Below the pieces are notes generated by a model that did no database searches, had not been told where the DNA came from, and saw only the letters and a program-made list of their open reading frames with translations. From NCBI GenBank assembly GCA_963828255.1, contig CAWHDZ010000016.1, positions 94,849 through 158,848 of the forward strand: a DNA stretch of 64,000 nt, read 5' to 3'. Source of the DNA: an uncultured delta proteobacterium (GTDB lineage: Bacteria; Myxococcota; Myxococcia; Myxococcales; Anaeromyxobacteraceae). Shown here piece by piece: positions 60,104 through 64,000 of the stretch. Every line of letters starts with the position of its first letter. Position 1 is the first letter of the stretch. Made by a program: the position numbers and the translations under genes.

Positions 60104-62651
60104 CTATTCGGGGCGCCGGATATCGAGCTTATGCATCCGGGACCGCAGCGTGCTGGGCTTGAGCCCCAGGACGGCCGCCGCTCCCTCGCGCCCCTCCAGC
60201 TTCCACGCGGTCGCCTGGAGCACCTCGAGGATGTGCTTCCGTTCCACGTCCTCGAGCCACTGGGGCGAGGCGGCCCCGGAGCTGGCTCCCGCCGGCTCGA
60301 GCTTCACGTGCTCGCTCAGCCGGAGAAGGGGCCCGTCCGAGACCAGGACCGCCTGCTCGATCACGTTCTGCAGCTCCCGGACGTTGCCGGGCCAGTCCCG
60401 TGGCCTGAAGCGCCTGGACCACCGACTGGGGCAGCTCGAGGACGGGGCGACCCAGGCGCTGGCAGGTTCGCTGCACGAAGGCCTGGGCCAGGGTGGGGAT
60501 GTCGTCCTTGCGCTGCCGGAGCGGCGGCACGCTGATGGGGAAGACGTTCAGCCGGTACCAGAGGTCCTCGCGGAAGCGGCCGGCGGCGACGTCCTTGGAG
60601 AGGTTGCGGTTCGTCGCTGCGATGACCCGCACGTCCGCCTTCAGGGTCCGCTGCCCGCCCACCCGCTGGAAGCTCCCGTCCTGGAGGACCCGGAGGAGCT
60701 TCGCCTGCAGCTCGGGCGACAGCTCGCCCACCTCGTCGAGGAAGAGGGTGGCCCCGTCGGCCAGCTCGAAGCGCCCCTTGCGCTGGGAGAGGGCGCCGGT
60801 GAAGGCACCCTTCTCGTGGCCGAAGAGCTCGCTCTCGGCCAGGCTCGGGGGCAGCGCCGCGCAGTTCACCTTCACGAGCGCCTGGTCCTTCCGCGGCCCG
60901 AGCGCGTGGATGGCCTCCGCCACGAGCTCCTTCCCGGTCCCGGTCTCGCCCTGGATGAGCACAGTGGTGGCGGAGGGCGCGACCTGCCGGATCCGGTAGA
61001 GCAGGTACTTCATCGGATCGCTCTGCCCGAGCAGCTCGCTCGATCCCTCCACCGCCTGGATCTTCTCGCGGTAGTAGGTGTTCTCCGCCTCGAGCTCGTC
61101 CTTCAGCGCGCCGATCTCCTCGTAGGCCTTCTGGAGCGCGAGCTCCCCCAGCTTGCGCGCGTTCACGTCGCCGATGCTGCCCCGGGTTCCGGCCGCGAGG
61201 CCCGGCTCGAGGCTGACCGGGTTGTTCGCCTGGCGGACCCAGAGGACGTCGCCCGAGCGCGTGCGGATGCGGAACTCGATGGGGGGCCGGTGCTCGCCGG
61301 AGAGCACCGCGGACTGGTAGGCGCGCCAGGCGGGGCGGTCCTCCTCGTGCACGAGTCGCTCGAGCAGGCCGGGGTCGAGGAAGTCGGAGGGCGGATGACC
61401 GCAGAGCCGCTCGCAGGCCGGCGATACGTACTCGAACTTCCCGTCGGGGTGCTGCCAGAACTCCCAGTCGTGGGTGAAGTCGGCCACCGTGCGGTAGCGG
61501 GTCTCGGCACGGGCGAGCTCCCGCTCGGCGCGTCGTCGTCGCCGCAGCTGGAGCACCAGCCCCGCCACGAGCAGCGTCTCGAGCGCGATGACGCCGAGCC
61601 CGATCCGGATGGTCCGCCCGTGCTCCTGCCAGATGGTGGGTTTCCGGAAGAGCACCAGGCTGCCGGGCGGCAAGCTGCGCTCGGCGATGCCCCAGCGCTC
61701 CATCTGGCGCCAGTCGAACATGGGGGCGAGCCCGGCGTCGGGGACGAGCGGGATGGAGGCGGGGGCCTCGCCCCGCAAGACCCGAAGACCGAGTTCGGCG
61801 GCCACCTTCCCGGAGGCCTCCATGGAGACGAGCTCCCCGCCCAGGATGCCCGACCCCATGTCCTCGTGGATGAGGCCGAAGAGCGGGCGCCGGCTCGCGG
61901 CCGAGACCCGCTCGACCGGCAGGTTGGAGGTGAAGTCGCGCCCGGAGGCGTCCTGCAGGAGGCTCGCGTAGAGCACGAGCACGTCGTCGGGAAGCGCGGC
62001 CACGCGCGTCTCGATCTGCTCGAGCGAGAGTTCGGTCAGGAAGACGAGCTCCACCCCCTTCGCGAAGCCGGAGAAGATGCGCCGCCCCACCTCGGCCTGC
62101 CTGCGTTCGTACTCGCTCGCCCCGAGGACCACGTCGATGCGGCGCGTGGCCGGGTACATGGCCAGCATGAGCTCGAGGGTCCGGGGTGCGTTCTGCGCCG
62201 GCAGCGCGCCGGTGAGCTCCGGGCGGACCCGCCGGGCCTCGTCGACGACCCTCCTCACCACGTAGCTCGTGACGACCGGGACGCCGGGCAGGAAGTTCCG
62301 CCTGGTCACGAAGTCGAGCGCGTCGGGGCCGACCACGACGAGCAGGTCCACCTTCCGGTTGCGGTACTTCTCGCGGTAGAGCGCGAGGAGCGCGTCCTCG
62401 TAGGCGGTCCCGGAGAAGCGGTCGAGCCCCGTGTACTCCGAGTAGATGTCGAGGGGGTCCGGGGAGCCCCGCTGCAGGCCGTCGGTGAGCGCGACCGCGA
62501 GCTCTCGCAGGCCGGCCACTTCCTGCGAGATGGAGTGGAGCACCACCACGGTCCGGCGCGACTCCGCCGGCACGGGGGGCCCGGCCCGGGGAGCGGCCGG
62601 CACGATCGCGACGAGCAGGGCGGCGAGGAGCGCGGTCGGGCGGGAGGGCAT
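60104..62651 (-). CDS. Membrane-anchored sigma54 enhancer-binding protein (periplasmic sensor-TM-PAS-AAA+-HTH); frameshift near 60400
   Basis: Signal peptide, about 330-aa extracytoplasmic domain, TM followed by RRRRR, PAS, GETGTGKE, GAFTGA, LFLDE; shifted frame WPGNVRELQN...GAAAVLGLKPSTLRSRM. Confidence 0.85.
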
Positions 62652-62675
62652 GCGGGAGCGCTCCGGGATCCTGAG

Positions 62676-63983
62676 TCAGCCCTCCCGGAACCGGGCCATG
62701 GCGGCCCGGACGAACCGGGAGCGGACCTGCTCGGTGGCGAGCAGCTGCTTCGCCGGGGGAAGGGACGTGAGGGTGCGGGTGGCCTGCCGGAGGAAGCGGT
62801 TGCCCAGCCCCTCGCCGCCGTCGAAGAGAAGCTCGGCGAGCCGGTTGCGCTCGAGCGCCTGACGCACCGCCTTCTCGACGGAGTTCACCGGCACCGGGCG
62901 GCGCTCCCCGCCCCGCTCCATGCCCAGCGCCCCCTTGTGGCAGGCGGTGGCGCAGACGCCGCAGCCGATGCAGGTGTCGAGGTCGAAGCGGGGGGCGAGC
63001 GCGTTCTTCCGGTCGGCCACCCGGCGCGCCGGGACCATCTCCACCGCGGCCACCGGGCAGGCCCGGGCGCAGCGGGAGCAGCCGCTGCAGCGCTCCGCGT
63101 CGGAGCGCGGGGCGAAGCCGCTGCCGTTCACCGCGCGAAGCCCCCAGCGGTTGGCGGCCTGGAGCTGCTCGCAGCAGCAGCCGCAGCAGTTGCAGACGAA
63201 GGTGGGGCGGTCCTGGACGTTGTCGGCGATCTGGACGAGCCCCTTCTCGCGGGAGGCCGTGAGGATGTCCAGGGCCTCCGACCGCTCCACCGCGCGCCCG
63301 AAGCCGCGCCGGGTGACGAACTCGGCGCCGCCGTTCAGGGTCAGGCAGACGTCCATGGGAGCGTCGCAGGCCTGCCCCAGGTGCTCCTGCTTGTGGCGGC
63401 AGTAGCAGAGGGAGACCGCCCAGGCCCGGGCCTCGCCCACCACGTGGGTGGCCCGCTCCCAGTCGAGGACGTCGGGCAGCGGATCGTCGGAGAGGGAGGT
63501 CTCGTGGACCAGGGCGCGCCCGATCACCGTGTCGCGCCCCAGCGCCTCCCGGGCGAAGGCTTCGTCACCGTGGGTGTAGGCCCGGAGCGCCTCGGCCATG
63601 CGCTTCTTGGGGATGGAGTCCTTGGCCCGCATGAGCGAGTACTCGAAGAAGCCCACCACCGGCGGCGAGAGCAGGTACGAGACCTTCCCGGTGCGGGGAT
63701 GGACGAGGTCCATCACCACGCCCTTGTCGCACATGGCGTCGAGCCGCGGGGCCAGCTCCCCGGCCGGGATGCCCAGGAGGCGGGAGATCTTCTCGAGCGA
63801 GGTGGGACGCCAGGGCAGGCGCGCCGCCAGGGCGGCCTCGTCGGGGGTGTAGAGGATCTCCAGGATCTCCTTCCATCCCTGCCAGGCGGCCGGGTCGGTG
63901 GGCTCGGGGAGCGCCACCGTGCCCACGTCGAGCCGGCCGACGAGATCCCGGTACTGCTCCTTCAGCTTGCCCAGGTGACCCAT
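62676..63983 (-). CDS. 4Fe-4S dicluster-domain protein
   Basis: CYCR, CNCCGCCC, CSGCSRCARACP, CIGCGVCATAC. Confidence 0.85.
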   Translation of the reverse strand: MGHLGKLKEQYRDLVGRLDVGTVALPEPTDPAAWQGWKEILEILYTPDEAALAARLPWRPTSLEKISRLLGIPAGELAPRLDAMCDKGVVMDLVHPRTGKVSYLLSPPVVGFFEYSLMRAKDSIPKKRMAEALRAYTHGDEAFAREALGRDTVIGRALVHETSLSDDPLPDVLDWERATHVVGEARAWAVSLCYCRHKQEHLGQACDAPMDVCLTLNGGAEFVTRRGFGRAVERSEALDILTASREKGLVQIADNVQDRPTFVCNCCGCCCEQLQAANRWGLRAVNGSGFAPRSDAERCSGCSRCARACPVAAVEMVPARRVADRKNALAPRFDLDTCIGCGVCATACHKGALGMERGGERRPVPVNSVEKAVRQALERNRLAELLFDGGEGLGNRFLRQATRTLTSLPPAKQLLATEQVRSRFVRAAMARFREG

Positions 63984-64000
63984 GGCGGGAATGGGTACCA

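Noticed and set aside
1..64000. tRNA, rRNA, integrase, transposase, prophage or defence genes
   Set aside because: None recognisable in any frame

Overview
High-GC (roughly 70%) bacterial DNA. Gene content (ccoI/ccoS, Dcu-AspA-AnsB, c-type cytochrome, myxobacterial-type ECF sigma, sigma54 activator) fits an Anaeromyxobacter-like Myxococcota genome; this taxonomy is inferred. About 60 densely packed CDSs, mostly envelope, transport and peptidase genes. Main blocks: end of a cbb3-oxidase assembly operon; a porin/GDPD-lipoprotein/porin trio; S46 peptidase; an Mla/Pqi-type MCE transporter; argJ; a nucleobase-uptake operon; an ATP-grasp/esterase pair; a dcu-aspA-ansB-dcaP operon; an RND pump; an M1 peptidase; glycosyltransferases; a ~1000-aa multicopper oxidase behind an AT-rich regulatory region; and a sigma54 module. 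In that module a membrane-anchored one-component activator with a periplasmic sensor sits upstream of its own apparent enhancer and -24/-12 promoter, which drive ABM protein -> small secreted protein -> matrixin-type metalloprotease. At least seven genes carry single-base frameshifts, mostly in G/C runs, best explained as long-read assembly errors. No rRNA, tRNA, CRISPR array or mobile element was seen.
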